In this document: piece by piece, positions 11,022-23,910 of the stretch
Layout of the letters: every line of letters begins with the position of its first letter
Numbering within the stretch: position 1 is the first letter of the stretch
The notes under the pieces: generated by a model
Databases searched by the model: none
Told to the model about the DNA's origin: nothing
Seen by the model: only the letters and a program-made list of their open reading frames with translations
Assembly: GCA_030324005.1 (NCBI GenBank)
Contig: JARDVH010000025.1
Span: 99,362,798-99,426,797, forward strand
Origin: Negaprion brevirostris
Lineage: Eukaryota
Reading direction: 5' to 3'
DNA length: 64,000 bases
Position numbers and translations under genes: made by a program

Positions 11022-12839
11022 TGTCTGCTAGCATTCAGAAGAGATCACACAACCGCCATCCTTTAACCTCAAATTAATGACACAGTTCCAAAAGTTAACA
11101 ATTTTCTGAACCTGCTAGATGTCGCATTGTTATTTTATGGAATGGAAAGTAAATATGAAGAAAATCGTTGGATTGCAGCTCTGTTAAGATTCCCTTGGAC
11201 TGATCAATTTTGAGTTTCCCAGCGCTTATCAGTGCTTGACCCAAAACTGCAATTGGAATGGATAAGATAACCAATTACTCAAAACCGCCAAGCAAAGGCC
11301 GACATGGAGAATAGTCATTTGCTAAATCTCCATGGCGACTCAGTGGGTGTGCTGAGGTGTTAGTGAGATCGCGCTGACACAGAATATGAAGCTGCTAGGT
11401 ACAATCGTGACATTAACTTTCATGTCATTGATTTTGGTAGCGCTGCAAAGATCAGCTGACGACTGGATGTGCAACATTTTCTCAGTTTGATCCAAGGGTA
11501 TGGGAGAGGGAAATAAATGTCAGAATAGTAAGTATTTATGCAAGTTTGCAGCATGTTACAAAAACATTAGATAAATAAGTTATTTTTCATGAACGTGTTC
11601 TCCTCCTGCCGATCATTGCATGGTAGCTTCTTGCGATGAATTTTGCACAGACTGATCAGCTGAAAATGATAACTGCTTCATTTGTTAATAGTTTTTATCA
11701 GGCATGGAATTTATAACTGAAACAAATGGTGTTCCAGCCATTAAAAGGCCTGAGGCAGTAAATAGTTGGCAAGGTCGTTTCTTTTTCTTGATGGTTGAAG
11801 CACTTGTACTGAATCAAGGGGACTCCTAATTTGGCTTGAAACCGCAAGTAGCCCACTTTCCCTTAAGCCACCTGATGCCATTGATAGATATGCAGTTCCA
11901 TGTGCTCCTGAGACTGAATACATAACCTGTCATTCTGGAGGGTGCCATCAGGGCTGGGACCCACCACTGGGTCTCTCCTCTTCCCAATCAGTAAAAAGAA
12001 GCAAATGTTATTCTATCCTATCAGTCAGTCATAAAGAAAGAGTTTGCTTTTATACAGCATCTTTCATGGCCTCAGGACATCCCAAAGCACTGCACTGCCA
12101 ATAAAGTACTTTTATATCTGTTTCTATCTAAGGTTTCGCATGTGGCACCTGAATGAGTTTGCCTTGAACTGTCCTGTGTAACCAACAGAAAATTGATTGA
12201 TTGTTCACAATTAGAACACTGTAATGTCCAAAGTGGGTGTGATTTTGCTTCATTGTAAACAGCAGAAAATCTAAGCTATAACTGGAATTTGCCTCAAAAC
12301 AGTATAAGAATAGCATTTGATATCTCAAATTAACATGCATTTTGCAAGATTTGTCTCTCAGACTATTTTCAACATAACAATCAGCTTCTATTATGAAGAG
12401 CTTCTCCTGAGTACATTGCTGTCATTTTGAGGAGTCCTGTTACTTCAGACTGCTGTAATTTCACTTCTGAATTCTGTGCACATCAAGTCTCTTGCTAACA
12501 ACAGTTAACCTTGCTGCAGCTTCTCTTCCTGCTGTTCCATTCTTTCACTCTGTGTTTTTAATTGCATAAAAAGTTCAAACCGTTTTTTTCAGTCAATATG
12601 GGCATTTATTCTCCCCACAACTAGTGGCCCTAATTCCCTGTGCTCACCCTATTCCTCCTGTCTTTCAGCAGCTAACCAACTTATTCTTAAACACTGAAGT
12701 GGTCCTTTCTTCAGTCATTAACACCAGCCATTTATTTCTCAGTCTCCCAGTCACTCTTTGCAAAATGATTTCCTCTTTGCTCTCTCTCACATCTTGTCTC
12801 TTATTCTGCAACCCCCAATCAGTGGAAGTTGTCTTCTTT

Positions 12840-12968
12840 GGACAGGATTCTCCGACCTATGTGCAGCTGGGATTCACTGGTCCTGCTGCGGTGAATAGAT
12901 GTTTAGTTGAGTGCCAAATTCTCTGTTCGCAGTGGCAGAGAGACGTAAACGGCTAGAGAATTCCAGCC
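12840..12968. mobile_element. MITE, about 130 bp
   Basis: TIRs ggacaggattctcc / agagaattccagcc. The interior is homologous to 61856-61991 (tcctgctgc...gagtgccaaattctctgttc). Confidence 0.7.
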
Positions 12969-13189
12969 TTTGTATCCATTTTATCCCATTTTAAAAAAAG
13001 AGCTATCAAATCGCCCCATCGTGAAACAGCTTCAGTTGAAAAAAACCTGGCAACTTTTGCTTCAACATTACTTTAAAATAACTTCACACACGTAATCTTT
13101 GCAATACTTCTTGAGCTTCCAAAAGGAACAGGATATGAAATTTCTAAAAATTCTCCAAATTACTAGATCAGTTTCTGACTCCAAAGTCT

Positions 13190-13525
13190 TTAGAATCATA
13201 GCATTCCTACATTGTAGAAAGAGGCCATTTGGCCCATTGAGTCCACACCGACAGCAATCCCAACCCTGTAACCCCACGTATCTACCCTGCTCATTCCCCT
13301 GACACTCAGGGTCACTTTTTGGCATGGCCAATCCAGCAAACCTGCACATCTTGGGACTGTGGGAGGAAACCGGAGCACCCGAAGGAAACCTATGCAGACG
13401 TGTGAAGAATGTGCAAACTCCACACAGTCACCTGAGGCTGGGATTGAATCCAAGTCCCTGGTGCTGTGAGGCAGCAGTGTTAATCACTGTGCCACCTTGC
13501 TGCTCAACTGTGCCACCATGTTGCC
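13190..13525 (-). mobile_element. HE1-type V-SINE, full length
   Basis: The minus strand carries the tRNA head, the V-domain (gactgtgtggagtttgcacattct...ggtttcctcccacagt) and a CR1-like tail. Confidence 0.9.
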
Positions 13526-13659
13526 CGATGGAGACAATCCCATTGCAGATAACTTAATCAGTTAGAACAAATTCAACAACTTAGATCACTTTAAAAAGTA
13601 TGTTCAACAAAACTGCAGTAGAAATTGTATTTGCATAGCAAATTTAATATCATTTACAG

Positions 13660-14000
13660 GGAGGAGATGGCCGACTGGTATTATTGCTCAACTATGAATC
13701 CAGAAACTCAACTAATGTTCTGGGGACCCGGGTTTGAATCCCACCACAAATTCAATGAAAAATATCTGGAATGAAGAAACTATTGATGACCATGAAGCCG
13801 TTGTCAATTACTGGAAAAACCCATCTGGTTTACTAATATCCTTTAGGGAAAGAAATCTGCTGTCCTTACCTGGTCTGGCCAACATGTGANNNNNNNNNNC
13901 AACAATGGTTGACACTCAGCTGCCCTACAAGAGCAGTTGGGGATGGGTAATAAATGCTGGCCAGCCAACAAAGCCCATGTCCCACCTATGAATCAAAAAA
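13660..14000 (+). mobile_element. tRNA-derived SINE, full length, with the family-B CR1 tail
   Basis: ggggacccgggtttgaatccc B-box, aaaacccatctggtttactaat core, and gggatgggtaataaatgctggcc tail. Confidence 0.8.
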
Positions 14001-14009
14001 AACATCAAA

Positions 14010-14305
14010 CATTCCAATGCGCTTGATAACAACACTAATGAGCAATATTTGGTACTGAGCTGCAAAAGGAAATATTAGGACAGATGCTGAATAGTTTGGC
14101 CAATGAGGTAGTACGTCTTAAAGGAGGAGAGAGAGCCATGCAGGGAGGGAAATCCTTAACAGCTAAAGCTAGCCATCAAATGAAAATTAAGGGTGCTCGG
14201 GAGGCCTGATTTAGAGATCAGCAGATATCTTGGAAGTTGTGGAACTGCAGGAGTTGGGCATATTTATAAACAGATGTGAGAATATTAAAATGGAGACATT
14301 GCTTC
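14010..14305 (-). mobile_element. L2 LINE 3' fragment
   Basis: Reverse complement resembles the L2-like ends at 16890-17160 and 28600-28830. Confidence 0.5.
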
Positions 14306-14960
14306 AATGAATTTTAATTCAGCTTTGCAAAACTAATGCGTGCAATTCCTCCTTCCCTTTCTCTTTTTACATTTATGTGAAAAACCACCAAGAAGGAATG
14401 TGGCACTGATGATATATTTCAAGGCCCATTATCCTATAGTCACGGAGTGTAAATCTCCCATTGACCATTCAGTGTTGACAGGCCCAAGCTTATCATGGAA
14501 CAAGTGAGAGGCAACAATTGCACCAATATTTATTTATGTGTTGAAAGGATCGGCACTTAAATATGAGCACTTTGAAAGATTGGCCTGTCATATGACTTGA
14601 GAGAGATGAGAGCTACAGCAGCAGTACACCATTGAGATGTTTCTTGGTAAGTGGAAATAGGTGAGTGCACAAGGAATCAAGGGCAACCTGCAACTGACAT
14701 GGGATTAGAGGCTAGGAGATTGGATCAATTTGAGGGAGGGTAATCGGAGGTGGGAAGGAGAGGTGGTGAAGGCAGATGGAAAGAGAAGCAAAGAGTGGAT
14801 GTCACTGCAAATATTGTGCTGATGTTGGCATTTCAGAAAATAAATTTGAACATCACTTTCACAGAAATAGTTTTCCCAAAATTCTTCACTCTTTGTACCT
14901 TTCTTGCACCCATACTAAAGAGAGGCAGATGTGATTGATCTACTGATAGTAAGAAGAAAT

Positions 14961-15170
14961 AGGCCGGGATTGTCCAGACATTCACACCGGTGGGATTTTG
15001 TGATCCTGCAAGCAGCACACCGACTGCGTGTCTTTCCGGGCAATGTGTGGTGGCTTCAGTGGGAATTCCCATTGCCAGCAGCGGGACGAGAAGATCCCGC
15101 TGCCGGTGAACGGTGCACTGCTGCCCGTTACCAAGAAATATGCTGAGGTTGAGGCCAGAAAATCTCACCC
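14961..15170. mobile_element. MITE
   Basis: Ends ggccgggattgtcc / gaaaatctcaccc, with an internal inverted repeat gcagcgggac...atcccgctgc. Confidence 0.6.
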
Positions 15171-16885
15171 ATTGTTGCAATAGCACAAAAGCTTCAAGAA
15201 CTGGAGAAATTTAAAGTGATGCTTGAAACTTACCAATACTCCATTACTGCACTTTAAGTCAGTGAAATGCCTTTTCAATTGGAGTCATTTGATTGGATTT
15301 AATCAAAAATGGAATAGGATGCTCTTGAACATTTCGTTGACTTTGAATGTGAGGGAACCTGTGTTATACTTAGCCAGAGCCGTTGCTCACCTTGCAATCC
15401 TCATTCTCTGGCAAACAGAATGTAATCATAGCCTTTAAGTCAATTCTATTCAGGTTGCTCTGGTCAAACTTTCTTTAAATTTATGCTTTGCAGGCAGAGG
15501 TGGAAGGGAGTCTAGATTATTATCTCCGTAGAGAAGAAAACCTGCTGTTAGTAGATTCTGCAGTTTGAATGACTGGAAATGCACGCCCAGTCCTCCAGGT
15601 TATAAGTGCATGAAGTGCACCGAGCCCTATAGACCAAGAATGCTATGGATTCAATTCTCAGCTGAGACCAGGTTAACAGTCCTGAATAAATCTGGAGTGT
15701 GTGGGTACTAAAATTGGCCTCACTATCCTAATTAAGCAGGGCCACGCCATGTCCGCACTGGTGGGAGAGAATTTGGTGGGTGGCCCAAAAATCATTTCAA
15801 CACGGCATGAATTTACAGCGGAACCTGTGTTGGTGCCCGCCATGGCGAGTTGGGAAACCCACTGGAGGCTGGCATNNNNATGAAGGCCTGATCACTCATG
15901 CCTGATTCTCCACAGTACCAGCCAGAAAACACACCAATGTGAAACATGTTTGGTACAATGCAGCATGCAAATGTTCAGACTCATCCGGTCAATGCCTGGG
16001 GCTGCCTCCAGAGTTCAGGATGGAGGCCATCCACAACCCTGGACTATGGAATATCATAGCAATGGGTCAGGGGAGCTTCTGCTGGTGGACCTTCCAGATC
16101 TGGTTTCCTGGATGAGGTTCATCTTCCCACTGCAGAATGTTCCTTGTGGTCCACCTTCATTCTCAGGAGATCCATCTTCTCTCTTCAAGAGTGGGTCAGT
16201 GATGTTGGGCACTTTTTCAATGCAGTGACTGGATAGGGTGGTGGGCAACTTGCATTCCAGGCCTGCCCTGCAACTGAACGCAGCGTAACACACCCAGTTG
16301 CAAAATTAATGAGGTCAGAGTTGAAAGAACGGGTGTGCTTTTCTCTCCGGCATCCAAAGTGAGGAAGGACTCCACATTCCCACTTCTGTCATGGGGTTTT
16401 GCCCCCAGATGGGAGAATTCCTTCCAATGACTTTTGCATGACAAGTCAGATTATTGGTGTTTCAGAAACTTCTGACCAACTTGTTCAAAAATCACTGAAC
16501 ACATGAAAATAGTCACTGGCCATTTTCTTCCATTCTTGAATTATGATTAAAGTTATCTCTTTTCCTCTGAAGATATCATACCTTATTATATCATAATGAT
16601 GTTCCTGTCAGTGTAAAATGTAAAATGTATCTTCCTAGAGAAAATGTGCCCAATTAAAATGACCTGTAAGAATAGACAGCGCAGATAGAACAAAAAACAT
16701 AGGACCCAACAGTGCAGAAACAGGCCCTTCGGCCCATCGAGTCTGCACCGACCACAATCCCACCCAGGCCCTATCCCCATATCCCNNNNNNNNNNNNNNN
16801 NNNNNNNNNNNNNNNNNNNNNNNNNNNNNNNNNNNNNNNNNNNNNNNNNNNNNNNNNNNNNNNNNNNNNNNNNNNNNNNNNNNNN

Positions 16886-17165
16886 TCTTGTTTTCATGGT
16901 CTTGCTTCTCCCTCTCTCTGTGACTTCCTCCAGCGTTACAACCCTCTTTATCTCTATTCCTCCAGATCCAGATTTATCTATATCCCATTCTCTTTGTACT
17001 ACCCATGGCAGCTGTACCTTCATCTATATGGGTTTGGAATTGACTCTCTAAACCTCTCTCTCCTCCCAACTCTTTCTCATCCCTTAATATGTTCCTTGAA
17101 ACAGATCACTTTGAGTGGCCTTTATTCACCAATCCTAATGTCTCCTTTTTGGCTCTGTGTTCATT
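16886..17165 (+). mobile_element. L2 LINE 3' fragment
   Basis: ctccctctctctgtgacttcctccagc...ggaattgactctctaaacctctctctcct follows the L2 C-terminus and 3' UTR pattern. Confidence 0.6.
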
Positions 17166-17194
17166 TTTACTGTTCACGATGCAGTGGGAAGCCC

Positions 17195-17428
17195 ATCCAG
17201 GCCCTCCCCGCTGCCCCATCCCCGTAACCCACGCATTTATATTGACTGATCCACCTAACCTGCATACCTTTTGGACTGTGGGAGGAAAGTGGAGCACCCG
17301 GAGGAATCCCACACAGACACGAGGAGAATGTGCAACCTCCACACAGACAGTGACCCGAGCCGGGAATTGAACCCAGGTCCCTGGAGCTGTGAAGCAGCAG
17401 CGCTAACCACTGTGCTACCGTGCCGCAC
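17195..17428 (-). mobile_element. HE1-type V-SINE
   Basis: ggactgtgggaggaaagtggagcacccggagg...gtgaagcagcagcgctaaccactgtgc. Confidence 0.85.
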
Positions 17429-17454
17429 CAATCATGTGTTGTCACTATTAACAT

Positions 17455-18310
17455 GGGGCAGAATTTTCTCAAAAGATTTTCCGAAATGGTGAAAAGCATG
17501 GGGTGAGTGGCATCGGTCTGCCAGGCTCACTCGACATTGCCGTCTTTGGACATTCAGTCACTTGTTTAAAGAGTTGAGAGTTTGGTGTCATTACAGCGGG
17601 GAGGTGGGTGGAAACTAAAGATGCTGATGAAACTGGCTTCAGAGCACTCAGCCATTGTTTCATAAGGGTGCCCTGATTTCAGAGTGCACTGGGAGACCCC
17701 CTCACACCCACCGTGGACATCGGATTCTCTGTTCTTCGGTGAGGGGGGAGGTGGGATGTTGGGATGTTCTCCCCCACATACCAACACAGGTCACTCTCAT
17801 TCCATGGGTCCCCTAGCTGACCCCTGACATGACACCCCCTGCATCGCCCAGCTACATAATTCCACCATCTGGCACCTCCTACCCCCCCCCACAACGCACT
17901 GCTCCTCGCACATTGGCAGTGCTTGATGTGCACTGCCAGGGTGTCGAGTGGACATCACTGGATGGGCACTGCCCGACGGGCACTCTCAAACCATGATCCT
18001 GAGTCCCCCAGTGTGACTTGCTCGCCAAGTCTGCGTTTATGCAAACCAGTATCTTGTCGGAGAGGTGGGAAGCACCCAGGAGGTGGAAGCATGCCAAATT
18101 CCTGAATAATATTAAAATCCAGTCAATCTCATGCAAATAATCTTCACAAAATATTTTGGGTGTGAAGTGGTTGGAACCAATCAGAAGGGGCTTGGAAGAT
18201 CAGAAACCACTCTGTACCAGACACGAATCAGATTTTTAGTTTTGCACACTATTTTCTCAGCTCACTGCACTGATCACTAGACACGATGAGCTGGCAAGAT
18301 CAAACTCAGT
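17455..18310. mobile_element. Non-autonomous DNA transposon (GGGGCAGAATTTT terminus)
   Basis: GC-rich block starting ggggcagaattttctc, the same terminus type as the MITEs. The right end is uncertain. Confidence 0.4.
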
Positions 18311-19514
18311 GGTGTTTCTGACTTTATTTATATATCAATAAGTCCAGTCCAGTATTTACTCTGCGAACGTTGTATCAGCTGATTAATAAAAGCTAATGTT
18401 GCCACTTATTCTTGGGATTTACTTTACACTGCTCTGTTGTGAGCACCAGATTTGATGAATCATCTGAACGTTGTTCTTGAAGCAAAACACCCACTGCATT
18501 TTAATAATTACACAAGGTGTTTGAAAAGGAATTGGAATAATTACTTTGAAGATATAGCTCAGCTCAGTGTTAGAAAGCTGCTCAGTGAGATGGTTTTTAA
18601 TGATGCTGCAGAAATTTCCTTTGAAACCCTGCAGCAATGGATTCCAGGCTGATCCCAAATATCTTGAAACCTGGGCTATCCCTTTGACATAAACCCCCAG
18701 GAAAAGCTGGGTAATGGGTTTGCACTTTCAGAAAATAGTGAGTTAAAATGTAAGGTAGTCCCTGAAGTTCATTGGCAGAGTGAGATCAAATGTGTAGCTT
18801 GGCCTTTACCTGAATTGATCTTGTGATACGGAATTGTTGACCAGAGATGTGAATTCTTGAAAATTTCAGTGCTGCAAGAATATGAACCCACAGGGAACTG
18901 AATGAGCATTCAACAAACTGGGTAATACTAAGATGTCCTTTGACACTGTCAGCAAAGAAAACTTCTATTGTTCAATCTGACGAGCATTTCAAATATTGTA
19001 CGAGGATTTACTTTGTCTCATGACTATTTGCAGCAACCTTCTTTCCTCGTGCCCTGTAAAAGTTTAACATAGATTATTCAGACAATTGTAGCGTATTAGG
19101 TTATTGTGTTTTATTGACATATTCGGTGCAATCTTATTTAATATGAAAATGCTGGAATTACTCTGCTGTCTGGCAGTATCTGTGGAGAGGAAAACAGGGT
19201 TCACATTTCAGGTTGCTGATATTTTGTCAGACGTAAAATGATTGTGACCTCCCTTGATGTCAAGGCAGTATTTGATTTGATGTGGCACCAAATAAAGTTT
19301 GAAGTCAATGGGAATNNNNNNNNNNNNNNNNNNNNNNNNNNNNNNNNNNNNNNNNNNNNNNNNNNNNNNNNNNNNNNNNNNNNNNNNNNNNNNNNNNNNN
19401 NNNNNNNNNNNNNNNNNNNNNNNNNNNNNNNNNNNNNNNNNNNNNNNNNNNNNNNNNNNNNNNNNNNNNNNNNNNNNNNNNNNNNNNNNNNNNNNNNNNN
19501 NNNNNNNNNNNNNN

Positions 19515-19670
19515 CACCCAATCCAGGCAACATCCTTGTAAATCTCCTCTGCACCCTTTCAATAGCTTCCACATCCTCCCTGTAATGAGGCGACCAGAAC
19601 AGAGCACAGTACTGCAAGTGGGGTCTGACTTGGGTCTTATAAAGCTGCAACATTATCTCCAACATTATCT
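19515..19670 (-). mobile_element. CR1 LINE fragment
   Basis: MLQLYKTQVRPHLQYCALFWSPHYREDVEAIERVQRRFTRMLPGL. Confidence 0.9.
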
Positions 19671-21061
19671 CTAGTTATGTTTTATTTAAATCAACAATTT
19701 GTTTTGCTGAAGTAGAGCCATTGTTTTTTATAAAGTAAGCTTCCCTTTTTGTTAAAATGTTTATTTTGGGTGGAGGAGATGTTGATCAGGTTCTGCTTCT
19801 CGCCCATTGTAGAGGACCCCCCTACCTTAGGAAATTTTCAACTCTGGCCATTATTTGCATTGTACAGGGCAGGTATAATTTTTATTCATTACAGGGCAAA
19901 GATGAAACTCGCACAAATGATGAAGAGTGGGCCCAGCTGGGCTTTCGTTATTTTCCAGGTTACTCTTCCTGGATCACAGTGGGAGACCAAGTGAACCCAT
20001 TCAGATCTTAGATAGTGGTTGGATGAAAGTTGGTTTATGGCTGAGAGGGCCGTTTCATTCCTGTTTGGCTGTGTGTGTAATTGAAGTAGTGCTATTATAA
20101 ATCCAGGTTCAGGAGTTTTTAATGGTACAATAAAACTCACACTTAAGACTAACCCAAAGCCAAACAGCTCCAGACAACATACAGATTGTGCAGAAATGGA
20201 AAAGAAAGGTTTTAAAAAATGGAGTATTCTTAGGGTTATGAAAAATATGCTGAGACCCTTAGCCGGTTAGGAATAAGATTTGTTTGCTTTTCGCCGTTTT
20301 AGTTTAGTTGGAAGAATGCATGCAGTATACACAGTGTCAAGCATACACGGACACTGACCATGATGCTTACGAATAGAGCATACTGTATATTTGGCTATGT
20401 CCGTGCAATGTGTGGTTTTCAAATTCAATACCAATTACACAGATCAGATCGTCAATGGAAAGCGAGTAGACTACTGAGATGAACGGAATGGATCTGTATG
20501 TTGTTGCCTTTTCCGCAGCAGTACTGTCTCTGTTCACCCCCGAGGTGGTTGACTTATTATCTCAGTTATCAATTTTTGATCAAAGTGCAATCCGTCCTCT
20601 CCACAGTCCTAATAATTGAAAGCTCAAAAAATCTTTGTTGGGTTTAAGAAGATAAATGATTCAATACATCTGCTGTGAAGTTTGTTGGTTTGGATGATCT
20701 GTAAATATATCTTCATGTTCACCTGCCAGTCACACTTCACAAAGAAATGTCTTCTTTAGATTTTACTTTCAGAATTTTTTGCTGCCATAGGTCAGGCCTT
20801 CCCATGCCATGCGATGAGGCACAGGAAAAGAATGGGATGGCAATGAGTTCTCTGTTAACTCGCCAAAGTCAGGAGTGGCCTGGGGTAATTCCTGATTGAT
20901 TTTTCCCTTGCATCCTGTGTCAAAGAAGAAAAATCCACGCTCAGCTGTACGTCACTCCTTGAAAGCATGGCAGAGACCATGGCCAGAGAATTATGGTCCT
21001 TTCACTGCTTTGCCCAGAACAGCATTGTACAATGCTAAACATTCTAATTATTTGGCTCTGT

Positions 21062-21742
21062 CATAGAACATAGAACACTACGGCACAAACAGGCCCTTCG
21101 GCCCACAAGTTGCGCCGATCACTTCAATACCCACCAATCCGTAGACCTATCTATAACCCCCAATCCCATTAAACCCCATATACTCATCCAGAAGTCATTT
21201 AAAAGACCCCAGCGAGTTCGCCTCCACCACCACTGNNNNNNNNNNNNNNNNNNNNNNNNNNNNNNNNNNNNNNNNNNNNNNNNNNNNNNNNNNNNNNNNN
21301 NNNNNNNNNNNNNNNNNNNNNNNNNNNNNNNNNNNNNNNNNNNNNNNNNNNNNNNNNNNNNNNNNNNNNNNNNNNNNNNNNNNNNNNNNNNNNNNNNNNN
21401 NNNNNNNNNNNNNNNNNNNNNNNNNNNNNNNNNNNNNNNNNNNNNNNNNNNNNNNNNNNNCTTACCTGCCTGCTCATGATAACCCTTAATTCCTTTACAG
21501 TTCAAAAATGTACCTATCCTTGCCTTAAAAACACTCAATTGCTTCACTGGGCAGGGAATTCCATAGATTCACAACCTGTGTGTGAAGAAGTTTCTTTTCA
21601 AATCAGTCCCAAATCTGCTCCCCCTTATTTTGAGGCCATCCCCACTAGTTGTAGTTTCACCCGCTAGTGGAAACAACTTTTCTGCTTTGATCTTATATAT
21701 TCCCTTCATAATCTTGTATGTTTCGATAAGATCTCCCCTCAA
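21062..21742 (-). mobile_element. CR1 LINE 3' ends (two fragments across a gap)
   Basis: catagaacatagaaca...caggcccttcggcccac tail, and ttccactagcggg-type CR1 C-terminal text after the gap. Confidence 0.75.
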
Positions 21743-21744
21743 TC

Positions 21745-21932
21745 AGGTACACTGATGAGAATTTAGCATGGCTGATGCACCGAACCAGCTCATCTGTGGG
21801 AGAAAACCGAAGCAACCAAAGGAAACCCACACAGAAAACGAGGGAATTTGTAGACTTTGCACAGGCAGTGACACAAACTGGGAATCATCCCTGGTCTCTG
21901 GCGCTGAGAGGCAGCAGTGCTAACCACTGTGC
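21745..21932 (-). mobile_element. HE1-type V-SINE fragment
   Basis: gaaaaccgaagcaacc...gaggcagcagtgctaaccactgtgc. Confidence 0.75.
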
Positions 21933-23629
21933 TGATAGTTTAGATTGAACTCATTCACAAAGAAGACAGTTTACATGTGGAACAGGTTTTCCAGTGAGAC
22001 AATAGAGTTGGATGGTATATGAAAATACAAGTGGGTGCCAGATAGTCTTTGAAGGGGGAAAACAAGCAATGCACAAACATTGTTTTTTTTTAAACTTTGG
22101 CCACATGCACTGCAGATGTTATTCCATTCCAATCTGTTATGTGTTGCTCTGTGAAGCTCTGAAGATATTGCTTCATGAGTGTCAGGTTAACCCCATAGCA
22201 ATGAGGTTAACATTTAAAGCCACTTTAAACAAACCATTTGTTTTGTGAGGCTAACCTTCTATTTTCCCTCTTCCTCTCTCTCCCTCCAGGTCGAATTTCC
22301 ACATTACTTTTCCTTTATTTCCAGCTATTATACTACTGGGCAAGTTTTTCACGTGTGTTCCACAGATTGTTATTTGTTTGAACTGGATAAACATGGGCAC
22401 GTTGCCGTGATTTTCTCTTCGTCGAGGTTATTTCGTGTCACCATGCACTCAGATTTAAACACAGCTATTGTGGAACATTTTCTCTTATCATAAAATCATT
22501 AGCACAGAGGAGACCTTTTGACCCATCACACTTCTGTCAACTCTTTGAAGTAACTATCCAATTAATCCTGCTCCTTTGCTCCTTGCCCCATTGCCCAGAA
22601 AACGTCAGCTTTTCAGGTTGAAGGCGACTACTGAATCGGACAGCTATTTCAGATCATAACGTCAATATGTAGAAATATTCCCTTCGTTTCTCCTCTGGAT
22701 TTGTTTTTGCTATTTATCTTCAATTTCCTGTATGACTAACTTGGGTCAATTTTTCATGTTTGTTTCTCACACTCTTCCTGTTTCTTAACATTGTAGATGT
22801 CAGCTCCAAATTGCATAATTAAGCTATTGATTGTCTCAAGTAATATTTGACGACACCTCTTAGAAATTTTAAGTGTGAAGATGTGCATGTTATCAACTTA
22901 TTCAATCTTTCCTCCAATCATTTGATTGGCAGAGGAAACTTGATGCAAGATGATCTGTATTCTTCTATTGCTACTTGGGGAACATTGCTGAATGCAAATT
23001 AGCTGTAGTGTTTCTTACAATACAACACTGACTATACTTCAAAGAATATTTCATTGGTTGTAAAGCATGGCGAGACATCCTAAGGTCAGAAAAAGAACGA
23101 TATGAATGCAAGTTTATCTTCTTGATTTTGGTCAGTGATCGGAGCAATATATATTCATCCTAAAGCGATCATTTGGCAGTGATATTCTGAAATTTATCAA
23201 GGAAGTTGAGCAAATTTCCATATCTAAGGCTTGAAAAGAAGACTCGAGCTCATGGAGTAAAGAATTTTTAAAAAAAAGGTTGCATGAAAGGAAGAAGAAA
23301 GTAATAAAAGATTGACACAGCTTTAGATGGGGCCAGTGAACAGTAACATTCTGTCATGGTCTGTCTTGAGTTTCTGACTGAATTATTGTTCATCGAGAGC
23401 AGTGAGTTGGAATAGTTTCAGTAATAAAAAAAATTACTGTTGACCGCAAGTGTTATCGCCATGAATGGGCAAGTATTATGGTCATGGAAGACAGAGTCTT
23501 CCATAAATTCTGAAAGATCAGATGGATGGATGAATGTTGTATTGGTTTCTGCAGTGCTTTCAGTCTGGTGTCTGTGATGTGCAACTTAGCAGGGAAGTGC
23601 CAGCTAAAACTTTGTGATTCATTTTGGTC

Positions 23630-23910
23630 GGACAAATTTGAATGCAGATTACAGGGTCAATGGCAGGGTTCTGAGGAATGTGGAGGGACAGAGAGGTCTT
23701 GGGGCTCATATCCACAGATCTCTGAAGGTTGCCACTCAAGTGGATGGAGCAGTGAAGAAGGCTTCTAATGTGTGAGCGTTTATTAACAGGAGTTTTGAGT
23801 TTAAGAGCCGTGGGGTTATGCTGCAACTGGACTGGACCTTGGTGAGACCACATTTGGAATATTGTGTGCAGTTCTGGTCACCTCACTATAAGAAGGATGT
23901 GGAAGCATTG
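23630..23910 (+). mobile_element. CR1 LINE fragment
   Basis: MLQLDWTLVRPHLEYCVQFWSPHYKKDVEAL, running into a gap. Confidence 0.9.

Noticed and set aside
20773-20884. Plus-strand acceptor tttactttcag and donor ggg|gtaatt
   Set aside because: The single open frame gives no recognisable peptide and the donor is weak.
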